The notes: generated by a model not told the origin, from the sequence alone. A stretch of DNA of 15,713 nucleotides from Candidatus Sericytochromatia bacterium (GCA_035285125.1 JAYKHR010000122.1:1-15713); one strand, 5' to 3'; shown: positions 1 to 7,689, counted from the first letter of the stretch. A program made the numbers and translations.

Positions 1-894
1 CGGGTGCTCGACCCGGAAGCCGATCGAGAAGGGCTTGGCCTCGATGTAGACGCCGCGCGCGTGCAGCATCGCGAAGGTGTCTCGGGCGCTGTGCCCGACG
101 GCGAGCACCACGTGGTCGGCGGCCAGGTGGGTGCCGTCTGACAGCTTCACGCCCCGGACCCGGCCGTTCTCGATCTCGAGGTCGTCGACGCGGGTCTGGA
201 AGCGCACCTCGCCGCCCAGGGCCAGGATCGTGGCACGCATGGCCTGCACGATCTTGACGAGCCGGAAGGTGCCGATGTGCGGGCGGTTGACGTACAGGAT
301 CTCGGGTGAGGCGCCGGCCTCGACGAACTCCTGCAGCACCTTGCGCCCATGGTGGTGGGTGTCGCGCACCTGGCTGTAGAGCTTGCCGTCGGAGAAGGTG
401 CCGGCGCCGCCCTCGCCGAACTGGGCGTTCGACTCCGGGTTGAGGTCCGACAAGCCCCGCCAGAACCGGAAGGTGTCGGCGGTGCGATCGCGCACCTCCT
501 TGCCCCGCTCCAGGATGATCGGGCGAAAGCCCATGCGGGCCAGCATGAGACCGGCGAACAGCCCGGAGGGCCCCATCCCGATGACGACTGGCCGGCTTGC
601 CACCCCCCCGACCGGCGCCTCGGCCACGGGCCTGTAGGTCATGTCCGGCGTGCGCACGACGTGGGGGTCCTTCGTGCGACGTGCCCGTTCGAGCAGCTCG
701 TCGTCGCGGGTGGTGGCCACGTCGACGATGTAGACCAGCGTGATGTCCCCCTTCTTGCGCGCGTCGTTGCTGCGCTTGAAGATGGCCATCTCGCGCAGCT
801 CCGTCGGCTCCAGGCGGAGCTTCCGGAGGACGGCGACCTCGAGAGCCTCGGGGGGGTGGTCGAGCGGGAGCTTGAGTTCAGAGACGCGCAGCAT
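1..894 (-). CDS. Uncharacterized FAD-dependent dehydrogenase (COG2509-type NAD(P)/FAD oxidoreductase), N-terminal part; runs off the left edge of the window
   Basis: Translated by hand; absent from the ORF track because it has no stop in the window. ATG at 894 gives MLRVSELKLPLDHPPEAL...IFKRSNDARKKG...PVVIGMGPSGLFAG (Rossmann GxGxxG)...LERGK...NPESNAQFGEGGAGTFSDGKL...RPHIGTFRL...LAVGHSARDTF...KPFSIGFRVEHP, all hallmark motifs of this family. 298 codons are open to base 1. Confidence 0.93.
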   Translation of the reverse strand, partial: MLRVSELKLPLDHPPEALEVAVLRKLRLEPTELREMAIFKRSNDARKKGDITLVYIVDVATTRDDELLERARRTKDPHVVRTPDMTYRPVAEAPVGGVASRPVVIGMGPSGLFAGLMLARMGFRPIILERGKEVRDRTADTFRFWRGLSDLNPESNAQFGEGGAGTFSDGKLYSQVRDTHHHGRKVLQEFVEAGASPEILYVNRPHIGTFRLVKIVQAMRATILALGGEVRFQTRVDDLEIENGRVRGVKLSDGTHLAADHVVLAVGHSARDTFAMLHARGVYIEAKPFSIGFRVEHP

Positions 895-935
895 GAGGGG
901 CCCAGGGGCGACGGCTTGGTGAATGGGGCGCGACG

Positions 936-964
936 ATCATAGCCGCTCAGGGCGGACCTGTCAT
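936..964 (-). promoter_or_regulatory. Sigma70-type promoter for the FAD dehydrogenase gene
   Basis: Minus strand reads ATGACA (964-959), a 17-nt spacer, then TATGAT (941-936). Each box is a 5/6 match to TTGACA/TATAAT; about 40 nt upstream of the ATG. Confidence 0.7.
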
Positions 965-1019
965 CGCGGGAGACGGGTTACGCCTGTCTGCTCCGCCGCA
1001 TCCTCCTCACCCTGGACCC

Positions 1020-1034
1020 GATGTCGCCGACATC
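1020..1034. promoter_or_regulatory. Perfect 7-1-7 palindrome, candidate operator or hairpin in a divergent intergenic region
   Basis: GATGTCG-C-CGACATC, flanked by CCC/GGG that can extend the stem with one bulge. Confidence 0.35.
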
Positions 1035-1157
1035 CGGGCCCACCCCCGGCCAGATGGCACACCTCAGTTCGTACCCCCCCGCCTGCTGCCGTGCTGGTTG
1101 AGGTGCCCGCGCTGTGTCCAACCGCCACGTTGCCCCGCTGGTTCGAGCGACGAGCCC

Positions 1158-1184
1158 GGTTTATGGCCGAAGTGCCCAGGGTAG
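1158..1184 (+). promoter_or_regulatory. SigB/SigF-like promoter
   Basis: GGTTT(1158-1162)-N16-GGGTAG(1179-1184). Matches the B. subtilis SigB (GTTT..GGGWAW) and actinobacterial SigF (GGWWT-N16/17-GGGTAY) consensus; lies upstream of the SD at 1222-1226. Confidence 0.55.
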
Positions 1185-1242
1185 GTCGGACGAGGAAGCC
1201 GCACCACCCTCACTCCCCCGGGGAGGCACATCCCGGTCGAAG

Positions 1243-1701
1243 CTGAAATCGTTCTTCCTCGCTGGCCTTTGCAGCCTTGCCGTCGCCCAGCCCGCCCTGG
1301 CCGCAGCCGAAGAGCCTGGGGTCGAGCATTCCGTGGGCTTCTACGGGAGCAACATGTGCGGCTCGGGCCTCACGTACGTGCTGCACACGCCCTCCGGCCT
1401 GGGGTTCCACGCCTCCTTCATCGGCTGGAACCTGCCCGACAACGTGTTTTTCAACGTCGGCGGTGCCGTCACGCAGGACATCTCCAAGCAGCCCTGGGAT
1501 CGGGTCTATGGCCTGCTGGCCGGGGGCTACGCCATCGGGTCCGGCGGCGCCCTCCCCAACATCGCCCCGGGCATTGGGGTGGATATGAACGGGCTCTTCG
1601 GGGAGGTCGGCTACTCGTTCTACCCTGATCCTGCCAAGGCTGGCTCCGGTGGGTTCTCGTCGCTGCCGACCTTCGGGTTGGGCGTCCGCTGGAAGCTCTG
1701 A
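1243..1701 (+). CDS. Hypothetical secreted protein, probable small outer-membrane beta-barrel (about 152 aa); start uncertain
   Basis: Sec signal peptide (L)KSFFLAGLCSLAVAQPALA-A, then alternating Gly/aromatic beta-strand pattern (VGFYG, LGFHASF, FFNVGGAV, LFGEVGYSFY) and C-terminal FGLGVRWKL resembling a beta-signal. The ORF is open from GTG 1114, but the signal peptide begins at CTG 1243. Confidence 0.7.
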   Translation: MKSFFLAGLCSLAVAQPALAAAEEPGVEHSVGFYGSNMCGSGLTYVLHTPSGLGFHASFIGWNLPDNVFFNVGGAVTQDISKQPWDRVYGLLAGGYAIGSGGALPNIAPGIGVDMNGLFGEVGYSFYPDPAKAGSGGFSSLPTFGLGVRWKL

Positions 1702-1722
1702 GCGCGCGTCCATCAACGGCCT

Positions 1723-1741
1723 GACCGTGGCGCCCACGGTC
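1723..1741 (+). terminator. Stem-loop after the OMP-like gene, possible terminator
   Basis: GACCGTGG-CGC-CCACGGTC, a perfect 8-bp stem 21 nt after the stop. There is no clear U-tract (followed by CTCTC). Confidence 0.4.
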
Positions 1742-1893
1742 CTCTCGCGCCCGGCGTCGCCCTCGCGTCGCCGGCCGCGTCTGGCTTTCGTCCGGCGAAC
1801 CTTCTCGCCCCGCTGATGCGCGCTGCCTCGGGCCCTCCCCCGCGTGAAAGGCGGCCCCTCCTCGGGCATGGAACTACCGGAGGGTCGCTCTGC

Positions 1894-4788
1894 GTGCGCT
1901 GGGCTCGAAGAACCTCGCTGACGTGGCTGCTCGCGGCCCTGGTCGGGTGCCAGGGCGCCGCGCCGTCGGTGGCGCCTCGGGCGAAGGCTGGTGGCAGGGT
2001 CACGAAGCCGGAGGCGATCGCCACCGGGCTCGGCGGCACAGGGGCTTCGGTCATCTCCAACGGCGGTGGCGGCGTCATCGCCAACAACGGCGGTGGCGTC
2101 ATATCCAACAACGGTGCCACCCTCGTCGGCACCCTGCGCGCTCCCGCCACGCTGCTGTCCGACCGGGGCGGGGGCCTCATTTCCGACCAGGGCAGTGGCC
2201 TCGTCGGCCCGGCGGGGGCGTTCCGGCTCTCACAGGCCGACGCTGTCGCGCAGTACTACCTCCCGAACGTCCGCGTGGAGCTGCGCGACGCCACGGGCGC
2301 CCCCTTGCGCGACGGCGCTGGCAACCCCGTCATCGCCCAGACGGACGCCTCGGGCACCTTCCGCTTCGACGTCGCCCTGCCAGACGTGAACCTCCTGGTG
2401 ACAGCCCCGCTCGCGGGCGGGTTGGGCGCCATCCAGGCGGTGGCGACGCGGGACGCCCGGGACAAGCCCCTGCAGGCTGACCTCTTCAGCTCCCTCACCA
2501 CCGCCTACATCATGGGGAAGTTCGTCGCGACGCAGGCAGAACGCCAGCAGACGCTGGACAGGCTGCCAGGCGAGGTGGCGGAGGAAACCCGACGCGCGGC
2601 GGTGGTCGCCTTCAGCCAGACCGGCAGCCAGCCGCCGACCAGGCTCGACGACGCGACGGCGCTCGCCACGACGGAGGCGCTGCGGCAGGGCGCCACGGCC
2701 TTCGATCAGCAGATGGAGAAGGTCCGGCGCCTGCTGATCGCAGCGGGCCAGGCGGACCTCGGCGCCGGGGAGCTGGCGTCGCGGGCGCGCTTCTCCGACG
2801 TCGTGGCCGCCGCGCGGGCCGCCGATGGCACGACGTGGGTGCTGGACGGGGGCAGCAGCCGACTGTGGAAGGTCGTGGAGGGGCGACTCACGGCCGTGGC
2901 GGGTCTCGGCGGCGTCACGCGGGGGGTGCCAGCGCCCGCGACGGGCAAGCCAGCCCGAGAGGTCCACCTCGGCGAGGTCGTCGACCTCGCCCTCGACGCG
3001 CAGGGGCGGCCCCTGCTGCTCTCGCCACAGCGGCTCGACCGGGTCGAGGCCGATGGCACGCTCGTGCGCGTCTGGCAGGGCGACGAGGGGGCCAACGCCC
3101 TCGGGGTGGTGGTGCGGCCGCAAGGCGGGCTCTGGGTGCTTCAGCGGCACGCCGTGACGCCACTGGAAGGGGCGCCGGCCCTGCGCCTGCCCTCGCAGCC
3201 CGGGGGGCGCAGCGGGGGGACCACGGTGGATGCCGTCTCGCTGGCCTGCTCGCGGGAGGGCGTGGCGTACATGCTGACGGAGAACCGCGGCGCCGGAGCC
3301 CGCGGCTGGTGGCGCCTGTCCGCGGACCAGGCCCCGGTGGCGCTGCCGATGCCGGCCTCGTTGGGGGTTCATGATCCCTTCAGCGCAACCTACACGCGCC
3401 TGCTCGGCCTCGACGCCGAGGGGTGGCTCGCGGCGTCCGACAACCCGGGCAGCCTGTCGTTCGTCTCCCCAGGGGGCGAGACCGCCACCGTGCCCGCGGC
3501 CGTCACCGGGACGTGGCCCGAGGTGATGCGACCAGCCGCCGTGGAGCTTCGGGACGCGGACGGCAAGTCGTTCATGATGGACCACCCCCGGCTGCGCATT
3601 GGCGGGGACGCGACGCGCGGCCGCTGGCTGCAGAGCCCGTGGGCCGTGGGGGGCCTCGCGGCGGACGGTGCCCTCACGCTGTGGGCCGGCGACGGCAATC
3701 TGAGCCCGTCCGGCTCCACGCGCGAGACGCCGACGGGGCTGCAAGAGCCGATCGGCGCCGTGGCGACGGCGGGCGGGGAGCTGCTCGTGCTCGAAGACAG
3801 CTCCAACCAGGTGCTGCGCGTCGTCGAGCGGGTGGCCTCGCTCCACGTCGGGCAGCCCACGAGCCAGTGGAACCAGGTGCGGGCAGACAAGGGCGGCCCC
3901 GAGGGCGCCTACACCTTCGAGCAGCCAGGCGTCGGGGTCGGTGGCGCCGTGCGGATCGCCTTCGGCCTCGGCTACCAGGCCCCGGCCGCGACCGCCTACA
4001 TGAGCCAGCCCGCCTTGCTTCGCCTGGCGCCGGACGAGGCCCTGTGGGTGCTGGACGACCACGCCTTCCTGCGTCGCGTGGCGGGGGGGCAGCTCACGAC
4101 GCTGGCCGTGACCAGGCCCGGTCAGGGACGTGTGGCCGAGAAGGCCTGGGTCGACGTCTGGCCGACCTCCGCCACGGATGGCGTCGTGCTGGCCCGGCGG
4201 GGCACCGCCTACCACCTCGTGACGCTCGCGCAGGTGCACGCCAGCGAGGCACTGGCCGTCATTCCCCAGCCGCCGATGCCCACGCCGCCGGAGGCGGGGG
4301 ATGACCCGGACGCCTGGGACCCGGGAGACTATGATGCGGCGGACCCCAGCACCTGGCGGCAACTCGACTGGTGGCCCGAGGGCCACCCGGCGGACGGCCT
4401 CGCCCCCTTGCCGGGTGGCGCCTGGCTGATCAGGGCCTATGGCCGGACCTACCGCTGGCGGCCCGGCGGCGCGCCGCAGCTGCTTCAACCGAGCGGCCCC
4501 GTGCCGGCCACGGCGTGGGCCTCCGAACGCCAGGAGGGTGGTCGCCTGGCGGCAGACGCCGACGGTCGCGTGGTGTTCGCCACCCCCCGGGTGGTCTACC
4601 GCGTGGAGCCCGAGACGGGGGCCTACACCCCCCTCGCCGGCCGGGGCACGGCCCTGCTCGCAGGAGACGACCCGGACACGGGGCTGCTCGACGCGCGGTC
4701 GGTGGCGGTGACGCCTGCGGGCGAGCTGCTGATCGTCGACGTGGGCGCCCGGCAGGTGAAGCGGCTGCCGCCGGAACGCTGGCGCTAG
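1894..4788 (+). CDS. Large lipoprotein (about 964 aa) with octapeptide repeats, a transthyretin/carboxypeptidase-regulatory-like domain and NHL-like beta-propeller repeats
   Basis: GTG 1894 has SD GGAGGG at 1879-1884. Signal peptide with lipobox LVGC (Cys19). VRVELRDATG...QTDASGTFRF beta-sandwich signature. Repeated NHL-like blades: DLALDAQGRPLL, AVATAGGELLVLEDSSNQVLRV, LAPDEALWVLD, SVAVTPAGELLIVDVGARQVKRL. Strong GC3 codon bias. Confidence 0.85.
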   Translation: MRWARRTSLTWLLAALVGCQGAAPSVAPRAKAGGRVTKPEAIATGLGGTGASVISNGGGGVIANNGGGVISNNGATLVGTLRAPATLLSDRGGGLISDQGSGLVGPAGAFRLSQADAVAQYYLPNVRVELRDATGAPLRDGAGNPVIAQTDASGTFRFDVALPDVNLLVTAPLAGGLGAIQAVATRDARDKPLQADLFSSLTTAYIMGKFVATQAERQQTLDRLPGEVAEETRRAAVVAFSQTGSQPPTRLDDATALATTEALRQGATAFDQQMEKVRRLLIAAGQADLGAGELASRARFSDVVAAARAADGTTWVLDGGSSRLWKVVEGRLTAVAGLGGVTRGVPAPATGKPAREVHLGEVVDLALDAQGRPLLLSPQRLDRVEADGTLVRVWQGDEGANALGVVVRPQGGLWVLQRHAVTPLEGAPALRLPSQPGGRSGGTTVDAVSLACSREGVAYMLTENRGAGARGWWRLSADQAPVALPMPASLGVHDPFSATYTRLLGLDAEGWLAASDNPGSLSFVSPGGETATVPAAVTGTWPEVMRPAAVELRDADGKSFMMDHPRLRIGGDATRGRWLQSPWAVGGLAADGALTLWAGDGNLSPSGSTRETPTGLQEPIGAVATAGGELLVLEDSSNQVLRVVERVASLHVGQPTSQWNQVRADKGGPEGAYTFEQPGVGVGGAVRIAFGLGYQAPAATAYMSQPALLRLAPDEALWVLDDHAFLRRVAGGQLTTLAVTRPGQGRVAEKAWVDVWPTSATDGVVLARRGTAYHLVTLAQVHASEALAVIPQPPMPTPPEAGDDPDAWDPGDYDAADPSTWRQLDWWPEGHPADGLAPLPGGAWLIRAYGRTYRWRPGGAPQLLQPSGPVPATAWASERQEGGRLAADADGRVVFATPRVVYRVEPETGAYTPLAGRGTALLAGDDPDTGLLDARSVAVTPAGELLIVDVGARQVKRLPPERWR
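2047..2208 (+). repeat. In-frame 24-nt / 8-aa tandem repeats [G/S/T]-[V/L]-[I/L]-[S/A]-[N/D]-x-G-[G/A/S]
   Basis: SVISNGGG-GVIANNGG-GVISNNGA-TLVG, then TLLSDRGG-GLISDQGS-GLVG. DNA units: ggcgtcatcgccaacaacggcggt and ggcgtcatatccaacaacggtgcc. Confidence 0.85.
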
Positions 4789-4905
4789 GGCCTCGTGGCG
4801 TCCAGCAGGTGTGCTTGAGGGGCGACCGGGCAGGTGGGTACAAAAGGGGGCCGCCAGGCCGCTCCGGAGTGGTTCGTTGCCCTGGTCTGCACGGAGGAGG
4901 TTCGG

Positions 4906-5200
4906 ATGCGTGGAATCTTGGGGCTCGGCACCTTGAGTCCCCTATCGGCGTGCCACTTGCACTGCCAGGGACAGGTTCCCTCCGCGCCGACGACCGGGGG
5001 TGCAAAGACCACCCCGCAGGCGCCCAAGGCCAGCGTCCCGGCTGGCGGCCCTGGCGGGAGCCGCCAAGGGGCATGGGGACGGTGCTGGCGCGGCGGCCAA
5101 GGTCGACAAGCCGCGCGACCCCGTGCAGCTTGCCTTGAAGCCGGACGGCGGCCTTTACGTGGCAGGCTACGGCAACCACCTCCTTCGCGTGGTCCCTTGA
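4906..5200 (+). pseudogene. Collapsed, frameshifted remnant of an NHL-repeat lipoprotein
   Basis: Strong SD GGAGGAGG before ATG 4906: MRGILGLGTLSPLSAC...CQGQVPSAP (compare CQGAAPSVAP in the upstream gene). A +1 shift near 5040-5055 leads into a single terminal NHL blade, LAGAAKGHGDGAGAAAK..P..LALKPDGGLYVAGYGNHLLRVVP*. Confidence 0.6.
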
Positions 5201-5309
5201 TGGATGGGCAACAGGCCTCAGGGCCCTCGCGGGGAGGCTGGCGGCGGGCCGCAGGCAGCGGTCTCTCCGACACACGACCCTCGCGTCACGGCCCCCTGGT
5301 TTAATAGCC

Positions 5310-5552
5310 GTGCTGAAAGCTCGGCCCAGAGGCTGCTTCGAGGACCGGTTTCACGACGCCGACCTTCGCCCCCCGACGGTGCTCGTGGTAAAAGGCGACC
5401 TCGAGGTCGTCATCCGGCTCGGGGATGCGCAGCACCCGCCGGTGAGCTGGGAGCGGCGAGGCGTGGCCGATGGGCATGCCATCAAGGCGCTCCACATCGT
5501 GAAGGCGCGGCAGGACGAGTTCTTGCGCACGTGGCGGAGGCTCCATGATTAG
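5310..5552 (+). CDS. DUF4160-family small protein (putative type II toxin), degenerate
   Basis: 80 aa: DLRPPTVLVVKGDLEVVIRLG...ALHIVKARQDEFLRTWRRLHD matches the DUF4160 pattern DHxPPHVHV...L..W..IH. Its stop overlaps the ATG of a DUF2442 gene (ATGATTAG). Confidence 0.65.
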   Translation: MLKARPRGCFEDRFHDADLRPPTVLVVKGDLEVVIRLGDAQHPPVSWERRGVADGHAIKALHIVKARQDEFLRTWRRLHD

Positions 5553-5923
5553 GTGGCGTGTGCCGACCTACGTGCAAGTCTGGCGACAGCTGGGGGAGGC
5601 CGACACCCGGGCGGCCCTCGATGACGTGAGCGAGCCAGGGGCCAGGCGGGTTTGCTACGAGCGCGCGACCGGCCTCGTCGTCGTCGAGTTGCGGGCCGGC
5701 GGCACCTTTAGCGTTCCCCCTCCCTGCTCTGCCAGGGCCTGGCCGACGTGCAGACGACGCCCGCATGCACTGGCGGGGCCTCGACGTCCTGCTGGCCTCG
5801 CCGGCCCTGATGGCTGGCGTCTTTGGCTCGCAAACCTGGATGGCAGCTCTGCACGAGCTCAACGCTCAGCTGGGCGGCGCGGAAACGTGGATCAGGCGCG
5901 GCCCATCCGGGGACGACGCGTGA
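5545..5923 (+). pseudogene. DUF2442-family protein (putative antitoxin), two frameshifts plus an internal deletion
   Basis: Frame 1: EPGARRVCYERATGLVVVELRAGGTFSVP. A shift at the C-run near 5716-5724 gives LLCQGLAD. A second shift to ATG 5765 gives MHWRGLDVLLASPALMAGVFGSQTWM..., ending at TGA 5921-5923. Together these reconstruct the DUF2442 consensus EPRA...YD...IVVEL..G..F.FP..L.QGL...LHW..LDVDL....L..G.FG...WM. Confidence 0.75.
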
Positions 5924-5942
5924 CGGCGGAAGGCAGGCCGTT

Positions 5943-6770
5943 TTGACCCCGCCCCTGGTCTCCGTGCTGGTCACGGCCTACAACCAGCCCGAGGCGCTGG
6001 ACGAGCTCCTCACGTCGCTGGCGCGGCAGTCGTTCCGCGACTTCGAGGTCGTCATCGTCAACGACGCGGGCTGCCCCCTGGGCCCCGTCGTGGCGTTGTA
6101 CCCCGACCTCGACGTGCGGCTGATCGAGCGGACGACCAACGCCGGGCAGACGCCCTGCCTGAACCAGGCCGTCGAGGCCGCGCGCGGCTCCCTGCTGCTG
6201 CTCTGCGATCAGGACGACATGCTCTGGGAGGGCCACCTGGCACGCGTGGTCGAGGCGGTCGACGGCGTCGACCTGGTCTTCACCGACGCCGAGGTCTTCC
6301 GCTTCACGTGGGCGGCCGGCAGCCGCGTGCCGGTGCAGCGCCGTGTCCTGGCGCACCGCTTCGACGCCGGCTTTTTGCGGCGCTACCTCACGTTCACGCC
6401 TTCCGGGATGCTCTACCGCCGCGCGCTGCACGACGCGCTGGGCCCCTTCGACGCCACGCTGCGGGCGAGCCACTACGACTGGGACTGGGCCCTGCGCGTG
6501 GCGGCGGCCCACCGCCTCCGCCGCGTCCCCATCGCCAGCGTGTACTACGCTTTCAGCGACCACAACGGCTCCAGCGACCTGGCCGCCATGCGGCCCGCCG
6601 TGGACTACCTCCGGGCCAAGCACGGGCTCGGGGACGTCATCACGACGAACTTCGAGCGGATGCTGGACGACCCGGAGCTGGGCCTCGTGCGGGCCGCCTC
6701 CGAGCGCGTCTGGGACGGCCTGCCCGTTCGCGGCAGGCTGGCCGCCCCTCTGCTGACTCAGAGTTCGTAG
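5943..6770 (+). CDS. Glycosyltransferase family 2 (GT-A fold)
   Basis: PLVSVLVTAYN...LARQSFRDFEVVIVNDAG...NAGQTPCLN...LLLCDQDD (DxD motif)...YDWDWALR. Likely start is TTG 5943 after GGAAGG; the ORF is open from 5823. Confidence 0.92.
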   Translation: MTPPLVSVLVTAYNQPEALDELLTSLARQSFRDFEVVIVNDAGCPLGPVVALYPDLDVRLIERTTNAGQTPCLNQAVEAARGSLLLLCDQDDMLWEGHLARVVEAVDGVDLVFTDAEVFRFTWAAGSRVPVQRRVLAHRFDAGFLRRYLTFTPSGMLYRRALHDALGPFDATLRASHYDWDWALRVAAAHRLRRVPIASVYYAFSDHNGSSDLAAMRPAVDYLRAKHGLGDVITTNFERMLDDPELGLVRAASERVWDGLPVRGRLAAPLLTQSS

Positions 6771-6934
6771 CCGAAGCGCAGCAGCGCCTTCGCGGAGGCG
6801 ACGAAGTGGGCCTCTTCTCTCGGCTCACGGGGCGTGGCCCCGTGGGCGGGGCTCCAGGGCCATCCGCCGGGGGTGAGTCACCCTCGGGCCGCGGCGCAGC
6901 GCGACCTGGCCATCGCCCGCGTGCGGCGACGTTG

Positions 6935-7639
6935 CTACCGTGCGCCTGCCTTGGCGAGCCGCCGCTCCTCGGCCAGCGCCGTGGCCATGGCCTGCGCGAC
7001 GGCCGGCGCGTCGGCCTTGGCGCTCAGCAGCACGCCACCCAGGGTGCCCAGGCGCGGACCGATGATCCAGCGATCGACCCACTTGCGGACGATCGGCGTG
7101 AGCAGCTGTGCCAGCAGGGGGCCAACGCGCGGCACGAGCATTGTGGCCGAGGTCACCATGGCTGTCACCACCGCCGCCGCGCACTCCTTGCGGTCGAACT
7201 TCTCGCCGCGGTGCGTCAGCCAGTAGTTGACGAAGGCCTGCGCGCCGCCGAGCAGCATCCGGGCCGTGATGGCGACGACGACGGCCGCCACGTCGTCCGT
7301 GAGGGCGGTGTCGATGTCGTAAGGCACGGAGACGACGGTGCCGTCGCACGTGAGCTTCACCTCACCCGTGCGGAGCGTTTCGGACAGGTCGAAGATTGCC
7401 AGGACGCCCTCGGGGTTGCGGGCGGCGACGACGCTGCCCGTGACGCCCACCTCGGACCAGCCTGCCTTGCGCAGGCGGGCCGCCAGGAACTCCGCGTCGA
7501 CCCGGCGCGCGACACCCTGCGTGGCTGCGGCGCCAGCGCCCTGAGCAATGCCCCGCGCCGTGACGGGGGCGCGCCCGCAGCCGGCCAGGGGCTGAGCGAG
7601 CAGGGTGGCGAGGACGGCGATCGACACTGAACGGCGCAT
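6935..7639 (-). CDS. Hypothetical lipoprotein (about 234 aa) with hydrophobic/amphipathic C-terminal helices
   Basis: ATG 7639 with GGAG upstream. MRRSVSIAVLATLLAQPLAGC is a basic n-region, h-region and perfect LAGC lipobox. Codon bias matches the real genes. Confidence 0.8.
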   Translation of the reverse strand: MRRSVSIAVLATLLAQPLAGCGRAPVTARGIAQGAGAAATQGVARRVDAEFLAARLRKAGWSEVGVTGSVVAARNPEGVLAIFDLSETLRTGEVKLTCDGTVVSVPYDIDTALTDDVAAVVVAITARMLLGGAQAFVNYWLTHRGEKFDRKECAAAVVTAMVTSATMLVPRVGPLLAQLLTPIVRKWVDRWIIGPRLGTLGGVLLSAKADAPAVAQAMATALAEERRLAKAGAR

Positions 7640-7689
7640 GGGCGGAGGTCTCCGGTGGGTAGGGTTCAACGCTCTGATTGTTTCACGGC

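Noticed and set aside
349..942. Plus-strand ORFs 77-379, 349-942 and 383-637
   Set aside because: Shadows of the minus-strand FAD dehydrogenase, which carries all the family motifs.
2047..2130. 24-nt repeats as a CRISPR array
   Set aside because: They are contiguous in-frame coding repeats with synonymous variation, no spacers and no cas genes.
2230..4488. 752-aa minus-strand ORF
   Set aside because: Antisense shadow of the NHL lipoprotein; it has no motifs and is explained by the scarcity of stop codons in high-GC DNA.
5545..5946. 133-aa ORF as an intact antitoxin
   Set aside because: Similarity to DUF2442 stops at about 5720 and continues in two other frames, so it is treated as a pseudogene.
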